DNA from: Amphiscolops sp. MND2022
Taxonomy: Eukaryota
Direction of reading: 5' to 3'
NCBI GenBank assembly: GCA_964187785.1
Contig: OZ076409.1
Coordinates: forward strand, 45,758,001 to 45,822,000
Length of the DNA stretch: 64,000 bases
Under the pieces are notes generated by a model, which was not told the origin of the DNA, searched no databases, and was given only the letters and a program-made list of their open reading frames with translations. The translations under genes were made by a program, and so were the position numbers. Below are positions 12,450 through 31,536 of the stretch, in pieces; the first letter of the stretch is position 1; every line of letters starts with the position of its first letter.

Positions 12450-13443
12450 AACAAGACGGGAACGTCCCAAGTCGGCGCCATATCTTAGGCTCAAAAATAT
12501 TCAAGGAACAACTATTGGAAATATTCGGGAAAAAAAATTTTTTTCAAAAAAAAGTATTTGGTAAAAAAGTCGCACAATGCCGAAAAACCTAAAAAGAGGT
12601 CATTTAGGCTCATTAAACGTTTTCTACAAACCGAAAACTTCAAAAAAAGCAAGGGGGTACCCTTTGCTAAAATTTTCGGAAAGTCGCATAGTGCCGAAAA
12701 AAACCCAAAGGGGGGACCCTTTGGTCTCACCTGTACTTTTGGAAGCATTAAAAAATTTATGGTTTAGTGCGAGAATCGAACCCACGCTCTCCGGCTTGGT
12801 CGAAGATGAACAAATATGAAAGATGAACATATTGTAAGAAAAGTGGACCACTCAGAGTGAGATTGTCAACTGAAAAAAATAAAAAACAAGACGGGAACGT
12901 CCCAAGTCGGCGCCATATCTTAGGCTCAAAAATATTCAAGGAACAGCTATTGGAAATTTTTGGAAATTTTTTTTTCGAAAAAATTATTTTCGAATTTTTT
13001 TTCGAAAAAAGTATTTTTTTAGAAAATCGCACAATGCCACAAAAACTCAAAAAGAGGCCATTCAGGCTCATTGAACGTTTTTACAAACCGAAAACTTCAA
13101 AAAAATGCAATTGATAGAATCCGAAAATTTTCGAAAAAAAAGTCGCATAGTGCCGAAAAAAAAACGAAAAAAATCAAACGAAACGAAACAAAGCTTTGGT
13201 CTCGCATCTACTTTTGGAAACATAAAAAATTTGTGGTTTAGTGCGAGAATCGAACCCACGATCTCCTGCTTTTCAGAAAATTAGTTGAACAAATGTGAAC
13301 AAATGTGAACAAAGATTGTAAGAAAAGTGGACCACTCAGAGTGAGATTGTCAACTGAAAAAAAAACTACTCACTGTAAGAGTCGGGCTTTTTTCCTTAAG
13401 GGAAAAGGCGCCGACTAAAAACTACTCACTGTAAGAGTCGGGT
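12450..13443 (-). mobile_element. HINE family B copy 2 with copy 3 (12885-13420) nested inside it
   Basis: Identical end aacaagacgggaacgtcccaagtcggcgccatatcttaggctc at 12450 and 12885. Sub-TIR gtcggcgcc/ggcgccgac. Copy 2 resumes (actactcactgtaagagtcggg) at 13421. Confidence 0.7.
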
Positions 13444-13519
13444 TGTAAAACAGAATATGATTTGGCAAGGCCTATCCTTTGTATGAAATCGGAAACATCA
13501 TTAGGTTAGCATCCTTTCC

Positions 13520-14000
13520 TTTACTACTAATACTACATGGATGACGTGTAGCGCCTCAAAGCATAGAACTGAGCTTTTTAATAGAGTAAAACTAATTCTA
13601 GTCCTCATAAAACCCATCAAGTTCGCGCAGTTGTCAACATTTTTGCTGAGTTTCGTCGGCAATTGTGTCGTTGATGCAGCTCCTCTAGTGGTACCGGAAA
13701 GAAGATTAAACGAGCTTTTCGTATTTCGAAGCGAGGCTAATCTGTCAATATTTTTTATCGTTAATGGCGGTCGTATGCAGTTGTTTCTTTTGGACATGGC
13801 TTCTCGTGAGGTTCAAAAACTTTCAAATCGAAGGTTCTGTTAACGAAGGTGTCCCGAAGACTGTTAGTTTCACAATAACATTTAGCAGAGATCAAAAACA
13901 AATGAACTAACCGATATGCCAGTAATCTTTGAATTGTTCAATTATTGAAAATGATCGCACTCGCAAACAGGATTGTTCGTAAGTAGAATCTTTTCAAATT
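13520..14000 (-). mobile_element. Decayed 3' end (restriction-like endonuclease region) of a CRE-like non-LTR retrotransposon
   Basis: LSGTTRGAASTT...KLSK...MGFMRTRISFTLLKSSVLC resembles the C-terminal PLVFxTTGG...RISFxLLRS motif of RLE elements. Upstream boundary approximate. Confidence 0.55.
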
Positions 14001-14763
14001 GAATTAGTAGAAACTGTCGAAATCAAGGACGACACAACACAGCATGCTCGCTGACTTTGAATTATATGCGATCCTTAGTATGGTGATTTGTTGAAGCTTC
14101 AACTAATCACCGATTGAGCAGTACTCGTCGAATGTATTTGTCATGTCGACAGATTCAACCTTTGATAAATGTTTGCTCATACCATGCGCTATGAATACCA
14201 GGTGCTTTTCAAATTACAACATCGAAATATGGCGAATCTAGATTTCCACTATTGAAACGGTTTTCAGAAAAGCACTTGCTGCCCTAACCTAGATGGAGAG
14301 GTTTTTGAAGCCTGAAATCTATTCAATTTTGACTCGACAAGAGACTCGTTGAAATCTAAAACCTCCCAAACTGATACTCTTATGGGCGCCTTAGAACAAA
14401 AACTGCAGAATAGAAACAAACTAACGGCCAGCTTCATTAAAATTCGTATTAGCATTCCCACTACCTTGCTTCTTCTACAACTAATATGAGAGAACGAACA
14501 GTAAACATGTTTTCTGTAATCAAAGGATATCATGCGAAGACAATAATTACATAGAAAAGGTAACATTCAGAATACAATATTCAAAACATTACAGTATGAC
14601 GGATAAAAGAAACGCAGTCATTTTGGCAACAATTCACTTGAACAGAACTTTCAGTTATACTTTCGTTTCAAACATAAAACAGCAACTTTCAACGTCAAAC
14701 GGCGAAGTTCGTAAGGTTCAAAAGATTTTCCATCGAATATTTACAAGTCTTGACGGCAATAGT

Positions 14764-15756
14764 TCAGCTTTGGGCAGTGAACTTATCTAGATCAGCGTCC
14801 AGTTGTTCCTGAGTAGGCATTCCAGACTTCCTACCGCCTCTGCCACGATACATGCCTGAACCTCGACCCCGGAAATTGCCACCACCTCTGCCCCTGAAAG
14901 TTGCACCTCTGCCCCCACGACCGGAAGATCCCCTGAATCCTCTACCTGCTCCTCTGCCTCGGGTAAGCATTAACTTGCTGCGCTCGACCAATCTCTTAGA
15001 TACTCCTCGACCAACACCTCGCAGGTTATTCCTCATTGGCTGCTGCATGATTCGTGGCCCAGGTGAAACTATTGTCGTGTTGTTGCCAGAAGGTCCAGAG
15101 ACAGCCAGTTTCATGGGACGACCATCAAGTGGGACGTTGTTGTATTTTTGGATTGCCCTCAGGGCACTATTTCTATTTTCATATTGCACTTCTGCAGTGC
15201 CCAAAGATTGACCGTTTTGGGCGAAGTTCACTCCATATCTTCTAACACGTCCAAATTCAGTGAATAGTTCTTTGATATCTTCATTGGTTACACCAAAGTC
15301 AAGATTAGATATATATAACTTCGCGGGCGTCAAGTCAACTGCTTGTCCTGCGTTTCTGAACCCACCCATAGATCGTTTCATAACACCTCCTCTTTGAATT
15401 CCGAAAGACCTGGGACGATTGAAGAACATCGGTGATTGGTTGAAACCTCGACGAAACCCGGTGAATCGCCCTCTGCCAAATCCTCGTCCCTGAAACTGGA
15501 AGTTCCTTTGGTTGAAATAATTTCCTCTCTGACCTCTGAAATTCGAGAAACCTCTATTGTTAAATCCTCGTCTATTCACAAAACCTCTTGACTGTCCTCG
15601 CTGCTGAAAGGAAGAACGTCCTCGGTTATTGAATCCTCTGCCTCGGGAAAATCCGCGGTTATTTGAGAATCCCCGTCTATTTCCTCCACGCATAGTTCCC
15701 CGTCCTCTGAATCCAATCTTCCTGTCTTTGATCAGTTGGTCTAGAGTCTGATCCAT
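14764..15756 (-). CDS. ALYREF: ALYREF/THOC4 mRNA export adaptor, intronless CDS, ~330 aa
   Basis: N-terminal box MDQTLDQLIK, RRM KLYISNLDFGVTNEDIKELFTEFG...SLGTAEV...YNNVPLDGRPM, C-terminal box TQEQLDADLDKF, RGG-rich flanks. ATG at 15756 follows an acceptor-like ttctgcag. Confidence 0.95.
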   Translation of the reverse strand: MDQTLDQLIKDRKIGFRGRGTMRGGNRRGFSNNRGFSRGRGFNNRGRSSFQQRGQSRGFVNRRGFNNRGFSNFRGQRGNYFNQRNFQFQGRGFGRGRFTGFRRGFNQSPMFFNRPRSFGIQRGGVMKRSMGGFRNAGQAVDLTPAKLYISNLDFGVTNEDIKELFTEFGRVRRYGVNFAQNGQSLGTAEVQYENRNSALRAIQKYNNVPLDGRPMKLAVSGPSGNNTTIVSPGPRIMQQPMRNNLRGVGRGVSKRLVERSKLMLTRGRGAGRGFRGSSGRGGRGATFRGRGGGNFRGRGSGMYRGRGGRKSGMPTQEQLDADLDKFTAQS

Positions 15757-16218
15757 AACTGCTCTGCAGAACGAAACTATTTTACAAACAGACACTAAGG
15801 TGCTTAGCGTAAGACTGGCTGAGAATGCGCTTCATAACGGCTGGGGATAAGAGAAACTACGTGTAAGATACATAATATCACAAAACATTTCGAATAAAAC
15901 GAAACTTTGATTGAAAATGTGAAAGCAGAATTTTCAAAATGCTACAAAATCTATCATTTTTCTTCGAAAACAAAAAAGTAACTTCAGCTGATTAAGTATT
16001 TCAAATTCAAAGACACATTCAACGAACTTGATTGTTGGAAAACATGCTGCCTGTTTGATGGCGCGTTTATTAGTTCAAAGGTTATTATAGCCCTCGTAGT
16101 TCAAAAAGGCTTTTTCATATCTCAAAACATCAAAAAAATCTCTTGTGAAACGAAAACAATGACAAGGAATAAAATACAAACGTATACAACACATCATGTC
16201 ACGACAATTTCAAAAATA

Positions 16219-16690
16219 AAACGGCAAGGTATCAAGTCGGTGCCGCTAAGGGCTCAGACAATGCTAAGTGGTTTGAACAAGCTTAGGGGCAGCATTTAGG
16301 CGGATCTATATAACCTTAGTGCCGAAAAAAAACGAAAGGGGGCACACTTTGGACACAAGAAAAACTTTCTAATTTTTTAAAAAATAATGAAAGGGCCTTG
16401 AAAAAATTATACGAAAAGGTAAAATGGTAACGTACACACCATAACAGTCGCGTTTTTACGAAGAAACTGCTAAAAAGTACACAGAAAAAGGCAGAAATTC
16501 AAACAAAGAAATATGAATAAGAGAGGGGTTCGAGCCCCGTCATTACGGGAGCAAAAGTTCCAACCACTAGACTAACTACCAAATACATCGGCCGCCGTAT
16601 TCGTCTTTGTCACATTCATGAATGTGTCAGAAGTGATTGCAATAGTCTTAGCTAACTGTGCCAACTGAAAATAACGCCGATGCAAAATGA
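16219..16690 (-). mobile_element. Divergent HINE family B relative carrying a tRNA-like (A-box/B-box) segment at 16521-16577
   Basis: caagtcggtgcc end, tagtgccgaaaaaa core, aacgccga end. Minus strand reads agttagtctagtggttgg...ggggctcgaacccct. Confidence 0.5.
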
Positions 16691-19159
16691 TTCAGGAGAG
16701 AGAATGCTCCACAAGAAAATATATTAGCTTTCGCCAATGAATGAAAGTAAAGCTGAGGCTATAAAATAATTTCTTCAGTTTAGATTGTAATGGAATATAA
16801 CATCTTCACTGAATACAGAAAAGTAGTGCGTTGTTATATCTGATGGCCATAGTAGAGGAGGGGTACTTTATTTATCTGATTAATTATTACTTATTTATAT
16901 AACTAAACTAACTAAACTTAGTTGATTTAAAGTTTTTCAGTGTCTGTCATGCTATTTTCATCCTCTTCTCGTTCCATTCTGTACGTTGAAGTACCATTTT
17001 TGCTAATCCCGACTACTTAATTTCAAACTCCGATACCTTTTTGTTCGATCTTTATTTTCCAGTGAAGTAACACTGGTTCGACATGAAGATTGCCCTTTCA
17101 ACTCGTGGTTGATTGAAAAATCGAGTTACCGTATGCAGAAAAAAATGTTCATCTACCTACTTTTGGGTGAAAGATTCGCTCCGTTGGCGTTTCTCAAGAT
17201 CCTGCAAGCATTGTGACTTGAAACGCAAGTTGTTTTATGCAATAATACCCGGGTTCGGAGCGACTTTCTTTGTATTTCTATTTTCATGCGAAATATGTCA
17301 ACTTTCCTAACATCAGAAAAACGTTCAGTACCCGGTGTTAGGAAAGAAAACAGTTTACTTCAGCATCAAACTACGATTGTGGAGTTCATTCTTCTATCTC
17401 AATTATTTCTGCGACTTCGAAAAACATCCACACTTGTTTTTTTTCGAATGTGAGTCCAACGAAAGAAAAATTGACAATGTAGCCTGCTTCTATGCAACTT
17501 TCTGTTTGTTGTCAACGGGTTTTTCAATTCTCGTCGTGCAAGGAGAGATTATGAACCGTCTGCAGGTTGCGGTGCAGTACAACGTGAAAAAACTTTGCTA
17601 GCTCAGGGTCGGCGCCAAGTTGCTCAATCAAATTCAACGAGACAAGTGCTCAAACGTGATCAACAACTGCCAAAATTAGACGACTTCGACAATTGATTGA
17701 TTCAAGGCCTCTCAGCTGTGACTTTGTACAACATATTAGACATTCCTAATGGCGGATACGCATGCATAGGAATCTGTATTTTTCGATTGACAATTCCAAA
17801 TCTTTGTAAAGTCAGCTTAGCTCACAGAATTGTGAAGTGTGGCATGAAAATATTCTTAAAACCAGTGTTTTCATGTCGAAGTGAGCCGGTGATTGGCTAG
17901 TATTATTTGATTACAGGCCAAATTGAGCCGTCAGATCGAGAGTAAATTGGTCTCTCATACTCATCAAGTTTTTGGAAAATTCTGTAGTTGCATCTAGGCA
18001 CTGTCAACAATTCACTTGAATCAGCTTATTACTTGAAAATGTAACAGCAAATGTAAGAAAAAGTAAGAGCATCATAAACAACACCCTCGAGTAAATGAAT
18101 TGAAGATTCATACAGGGAAAGGCTAATCTAGTTCAATCCACATACTGCCCAGCCAATGAATCAGATACTGAAGATGTAGCATTGTTTAAACCAGGGTACG
18201 AGCATTGTTTAAACATTATGCTTTCAACGATTATTCTACTGCAATTCATGTAGTTTACTATTGCAAAATTCACTATTGCAAGCAGCTAGTCGCAATCAAC
18301 TCCTTCAAAAAATAGACTCAAGTAGTACACAATGAAAAGTGGAAAATAGGTATTGAAAATTGATCTTTGAAAAACAATTGGGCACAATCTACAAGCTTAT
18401 AATGTTGAGCTACCATGAACCTACTGATACACACTTCCACTGGTGTCTGCGGTAACTGACGATTCACTCTTCACGAAACTCGCTTCAACTAACAATTGCA
18501 ATAGTTGAAGAACAATGGACAGAAGGCCTTTGGTTATGAAAAGTCAACACCTTCAACTTGATGCATACTTTGATTCACTACAACAGTACTTTATGATCGT
18601 TACCAGTTTTCGTATGATGTGGGACAGCTTCTGTTGTCAGCCAAAACAACGTTTTTGGAGATTCAGTCGGATTGCACAATGAACGTGGGAAGTGTGAAAT
18701 CGTACTGGAATATTACACCTGAATCGCCAAAAGAGCTACAAATTGTATGTCGCCAAGATCACCCATACAAAATAAGACCAAACTGCTAGTGACAATCCAA
18801 TCGAATGAGAAATTAGTACAGTTACGGAGTTCCCTCCGGTGCCAAAAAAACTTTAAAGTGAAAAATTCAAAAAGAGGCATTGAAGTAGCTCAACAGGATC
18901 TCAGACGTTTGACAAACTTTTATGTTGTGTTTGATGTTTTATAGCTTGTTGGCCCGCACACTCTTTCGATGCATTTCCTCTATTCATCCATTCAAGTCAT
19001 CTCTGAATCGACGGTTCAGTCATTCTCTTCCTTCACTTGCCTAGCTTGATCGCCTTACAAGAACTTTTTGCTACTTTGGATCTCTGAAATTGACTTCAGA
19101 AAACATATTCCCGCTTGACTATCTCCTATTCCCCCTAACTGACAGTCCTCGTTTTGTAG

Positions 19160-19750
19160 ATAGAAACGAACAGCCCAAGCGTTGTAATAGTCAGAGCATC
19201 TAACCTGGTTTCTAATGAGAAACAGCCCCTTGTTGCCTGCAACTGTGATACTTCCCACTGCACCCGAAAAAAAACGAGCATCTTGCAAACTTGCCAGCAG
19301 CTTCTACTTTTCAAATTTTTGGTCAGCCAGGGGCTAACATCAATCATCCGAATCCAGCTAAGTGTGCAGAGACTTTGTTCAAAAAAGCCCTAGCGCTTAG
19401 GCCCAAAACAATAATTTTTCACATGGACATCATGAACAGCTTAACTAGTCCCCCCTGCTTACAAAATTCAACTGTTAAGTACTCAAGAAGTTTTGCGAAA
19501 ACTACTTGTTTGAAAGAAAAGCCAACAATTAAGTCTGTTGTCGTTTTACGTAGAAGGAATGAGGACAAAACAAAACTCGCGCCTGGAACATTTCGTCAGC
19601 CTGGTGATGCACCCTTGCCATAAGGTCATAACTCCGGCTTCAAGGAAAACGATTCTGCACACCAAACGCAACTATCAATCAATTTGTCCCTTGGAAAAAT
19701 CATTAGTTTCTTTAACAAGGACGCTTACTTCCATTGCTCTGTCAGTTTAA
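19160..19750 (+). pseudogene. Decayed SGNH/GDSL-hydrolase-like ORF
   Basis: Across frameshifts: VVIVRASNL (block I-like), FGQPGANI (block II), IIFHMDIMNSL (block III-like), ENDSAH (DxxH, block V). Confidence 0.45.
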
Positions 19751-20135
19751 GCACTTCAGCATTTTAAACTGACCCCTTTTCCTATCTCTTTTCATCTTTA
19801 CCGCCTTTCTCTTTTTCTTAGGGTTCTGGTGGCGCGGAAGAGAACGAGAGGAAACCTGGCCTGCTCGCAGGATTGCCAGCTGTCTTCCCCGGAAAAAAAT
19901 TGTCGTTGTCCTTCGCCCGTGCCGCAACTTGGACCTGAAGCGACTGTCTCACAAATCGAAAACTAAGAAATTCCAAAAAAATGCTTAAAACTTCAATAAA
20001 ACCAAAAAAAATATAATCCCCTTAAAGACCAAAATGAAGCAACTAATAAAGGCGGCCCGAATACAAAAATTAGTTGGTCTTTTATTCTTGGAATGCGAAA
20101 ACTAATACTTTCTCGTTCCTTTTCCAGACTCTAAA

Positions 20136-20960
20136 ATGCCCGGATTCCTGAAGGCTAACCTAAGTGAGGCCCAAGCTCAAGATCTGTCCAAATTTAAGGA
20201 AAAAACAGTTGCCAAAATTACAAGTGCGAACCCTCGTCTCGATTACACAGATTGTCGGCAATTCTGTTGTATGTTACACAGCCTACAAGGAAAATTACTT
20301 TCAGTTAACAATCTAAGAATTTTCTGACCGCTCGAAAGTTGGGGTAGACATACCACCGGTGTTCAGGGAGCATCTACAATCGTAGCAATGTTTTCTCCGA
20401 ACAGCGAAGAGTCACGTCGAATTTTCCGATACAACGGTGGACATGGAAGCTACGTCCAAATTCTCAAACTGACATTGGAAGGTCAACTTTCCAGAGGTGG
20501 TAGTTCCCTCAACAACAAAGGAGCCGTTGGTGCCCTCGACCGAGCCCAATAATGCGATATTCTACAGCCGTATGACGTTGAAGGAAGTTGCGTCGAGTTC
20601 CGCTTCTCATTCGTCACGAAAAATCTCGTTGTAGACAGAGCCGTTATTACGGAAAACGTTTGCCCGGGTAAGCTTCGAGATGGGCAAACTTACCATAAAA
20701 CATGCCCCTGTCTGGAAACTTCTCAGACGAAGACATGAAATCTCATGTTTGACATCAAGTACCCAGAAATGAGCAATAATCTCACGAACGATGAGGTCCA
20801 AAGCTTCTTCTCCAATGAGACAGCCTGCTACTTCGTCCCAACAGCGACAAAAAAATTGAAAGCGGATTCCGATCGAATTGACAGGTTCGACTTGGTTACT
20901 AGAGTTCAACAATTGGTGGATTCTGTCAACAAGACGCGGCTGGTTCAAACTAGTGCATGA
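20136..20960 (+). pseudogene. Decayed ORF of unknown function (~270 codons with internal stops)
   Basis: Reading continues through stops: MPGFLKANL..., ...RRIFRYNGGHGSYVQILKLTLEG..., MFDIKYPEMSNN...LVQTSA*. Confidence 0.35.
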
Positions 20961-21924
20961 TGAAGAAGGAACTGCACTTGAGCATAAAACCATGTATACC
21001 AGTTGAAGCCCGAAGATCCCTTAACGGTTGAACAGCAAGGACACAAATACACAACCGAGTCTTAGCTGCAGCTTCAACGATTTCTACCGAAACCGGCTTA
21101 CCTGCAGCTCCGAGTTCGATTGCGGCCCTGGATACTTTCGGATTCCCCGAATGATTTACAATACTCCAGCGCTGTTGCGGTTGAGTGGCTTGTCGCCCTT
21201 TTGAGCCGTCAGCCACTCTCCGCAATTAACCTTGAATTCTTGGCTCATTTTTGTTTGTTTTTACATTCAATTTAATTTCTACCATCGTTGAATGAAATTG
21301 GAATGCATTTGGAAATTAAAAAACAACAACAATAATTGATTTTTTTTGGTCCCCCAAATTTTTTTCTAATTGGAAAGTCTTCAGTTAAGTGAAACGTTTC
21401 AATTAAGGAAGAAAATAAATAGCCTCCATTCCAGAGCATAATAATTTGAAAGTACATTCCAGGAAAACAGATTTTGTAAATTATACTTGAACAAACTCAA
21501 ATTCCTTTACCAAATGAAAAGCTATGAATTTTACCGTTAACAGTGCAAAATTTGAAGAACTTGTAGAGCTTTTACTTTCAATTTATTTGACTTTTCTCAA
21601 ACAACAATTGACTATACAACTTCAATTTTTGCCCACATACTCGCATCTCTGTTCAACCGTGCACCTCTAGATCACCTTACAAGAACTTCATGCTACTTTG
21701 GATCTCTGAAATTGACTTCGGGAAACTGGTAGTCCCTCTTGACCCAAGAGTTAGCCAGTATATAGAAATAAAGCGAAAAAAGTCAAGATTCGATGTTGAA
21801 TAACCCCACACTGATAATAGCTTTCCAGAAAACAAGTCTTCATAGAGAAGTCGTTTTTAAAAACTGTCTTTACAATTTTCATTTGAAATCATGAATTATC
21901 GCATTATTTTTTATGCTGAATATG

Positions 21925-22060
21925 ATAATAATAATAATTTGAATTTATCTGCTATTAAATGACAAGGAACACAAAGCTAATACAAATCATATACCGTCAT
22001 CAAATAACAGAACAGACTTCCAAAGGCATATGCCCGCTTAACGGAAGCCTGATAACAGTA
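21925..22060 (-). mobile_element. 3' UTR remnant of a LINE or LINE-tailed SINE (stem-loop plus ATT tail)
   Basis: Minus strand: caggcttcc...ggaagtctg stem-loop, then ...gataaattcaaattattattat. Confidence 0.4.
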
Positions 22061-22786
22061 ATTCATAACATCAAAACAGAAATATGAGGAATGTCAATTT
22101 TATTTATTTATTTTTTAGATTTTTTTGAATGAAAAAAAAATAGGTAAGGAACCGTTTGATACTTTGCATTCAGAGGTATTTCTTTGACAAGGGGGATACA
22201 GATGCCGTGTGTGGTGATTCTGGTGTCTACTGGGAACTCCCATAGAGAACCATGCAACCCAAGCGTGAAGAGTGCATACAGTACCTGCTTCGCGTATGGT
22301 TCATAACAAGGGAGAACCCAGCAGACACCGCATAGTGCAGGCTGGGTTAGGCCCGTCTTACCCAATGCGATGACCTCCGAAACGAAGCATTGTCTTTCGA
22401 ACAATTGATTGATGGTTTTAGTGGAAATTCCATGTTTAACTGGCAGCTCGACGCGGTAGCTGGATGAAGTCAATATGATGTCTCGTGAAAGTTTTCCCCA
22501 CGATTATGGCCATCAGATATAACAAGGCACTACTTACAATCGTGGGCGTCGTCGTCACTCATTATGAACGAACATCATTATAGAGTCTAAATTTACAGAG
22601 GTGAATTTCAAGTAGCAATTGTAGAAGCAATCGCAAGAAGTGAAATTCTTTACAAGATGACCCCTAATTTTCGGATCCTACGCAACGTACCAACTACAAA
22701 TGAAAGAATGAACATTTTATTTACAAATTTACACTTGCTACAGACATAAATGAACTAATGTTAAGGAGCATGGTGGATAGATTACA

Positions 22787-30556
<7,770 letters not shown>

Positions 30557-30984
30557 TCTGTAATCTGAAGAGCATTAAAAAGGGTATTCATGGGATCCGC
30601 ATTCAAGTTCAGGGATCCGCAAATAAAATATGGGTAAACGATTAACAATTGGTAAAAGAAATGACCAATTAATTGCAGCGTTTTGACATCGCTATTTTTT
30701 CGCTAATCGATAAACGGCTAATTTCAAAATCACTATTTCGCTTTTTTCCTCTATCAGATATCATGGATCTTCGTCATCAATCAAGTGCCATGTGTATCAT
30801 CATGTTGGGGGGAGAAGACACACACCCGTGGTCTGCAACGAAAGTAGGGAACCCCATACTAGCCACTATCCCAGTAGACCAGTAACAAAAAAACAACCAA
30901 CAAACTACTCATACCAGCCACTATCGCAGTCGACCGGTAGAAATTTTTTTAAAGCTGCAATGATAGTTTTTCAAAAAAAACTAG

Positions 30985-31480
30985 ATGTAATAAATTTCTT
31001 CGAACGCATCTCTGTCGTTCACACTTCCTAGAGCAAAGGCCGCATTGCCGATCTGAAGAGCCATTGAAATCCGTTGCTTCCAAAAGCTGCCAACTCATTG
31101 ATCGTCGTGCGAACGACAGATCATTCTACAGAGACGCGTGATGAAAATTTCACTGCTCTCGCGTAAAGAACCCTGTACTTCCAAGGCCACCGGTTGAAAA
31201 ATGTATCCATTGTCTATTAATTCGCGTTACTTCTCAATTTTACGCGCTTCAGCCTCGGTGGCGGTGGTTCCCGGGTTACATAAAGAACCTTGATTCAGGC
31301 GACTGGGTGCAAGAGCATCCACAACCGTGACATCCCACACCAGCTGTTTACCCATTTCCCAAGGAATCAATGTAACACCGTCTGGGCGTTTGCCATCGGT
31401 TCGGTACAGTCCACGCGGTTCGAGCCTCGAATGCAAGTCGAGAGATCCCAACGTCTGCTTTATGAGAGAATTGAGAGTTT
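30985..31480 (-). mobile_element. 5'-truncated CRE-like non-LTR element 3' end (RLE domain)
   Basis: LEPRGLYRTDGKRPDGVTLIPWEMGKQLVWDVTVVD...AEARKIEK*...FQPVALEVQG...KQRISMALQIGNA. Confidence 0.85.
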
Positions 31481-31536
31481 GATACTTGACTATTTTATAT
31501 GGATTCCGGACGTTTCGGCAAAAACATGGCGGCGGA

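Noticed and set aside
11926..13259. Several K/F-rich ORFs
   Set aside because: Chance translations of A/T-tract-rich HINE repeats.
14852..15211. Pro-rich + strand ORF
   Set aside because: Antisense shadow of the Gly/Arg codons of ALYREF.
15757..15795. N-terminal extension MSVCKIVSFCRAV of ALYREF in the ORF track
   Set aside because: Non-ATG start across a splice acceptor; the conserved box begins at MDQTLD.
16521..16577. Functional tRNA gene
   Set aside because: Only A/B-box-like motifs; no acceptor stem or anticodon arm.
22366..22400. Hammerhead-like gcgatgacctccgaaac...gtc
   Set aside because: Core is mismatched, and stems I and II cannot pair.
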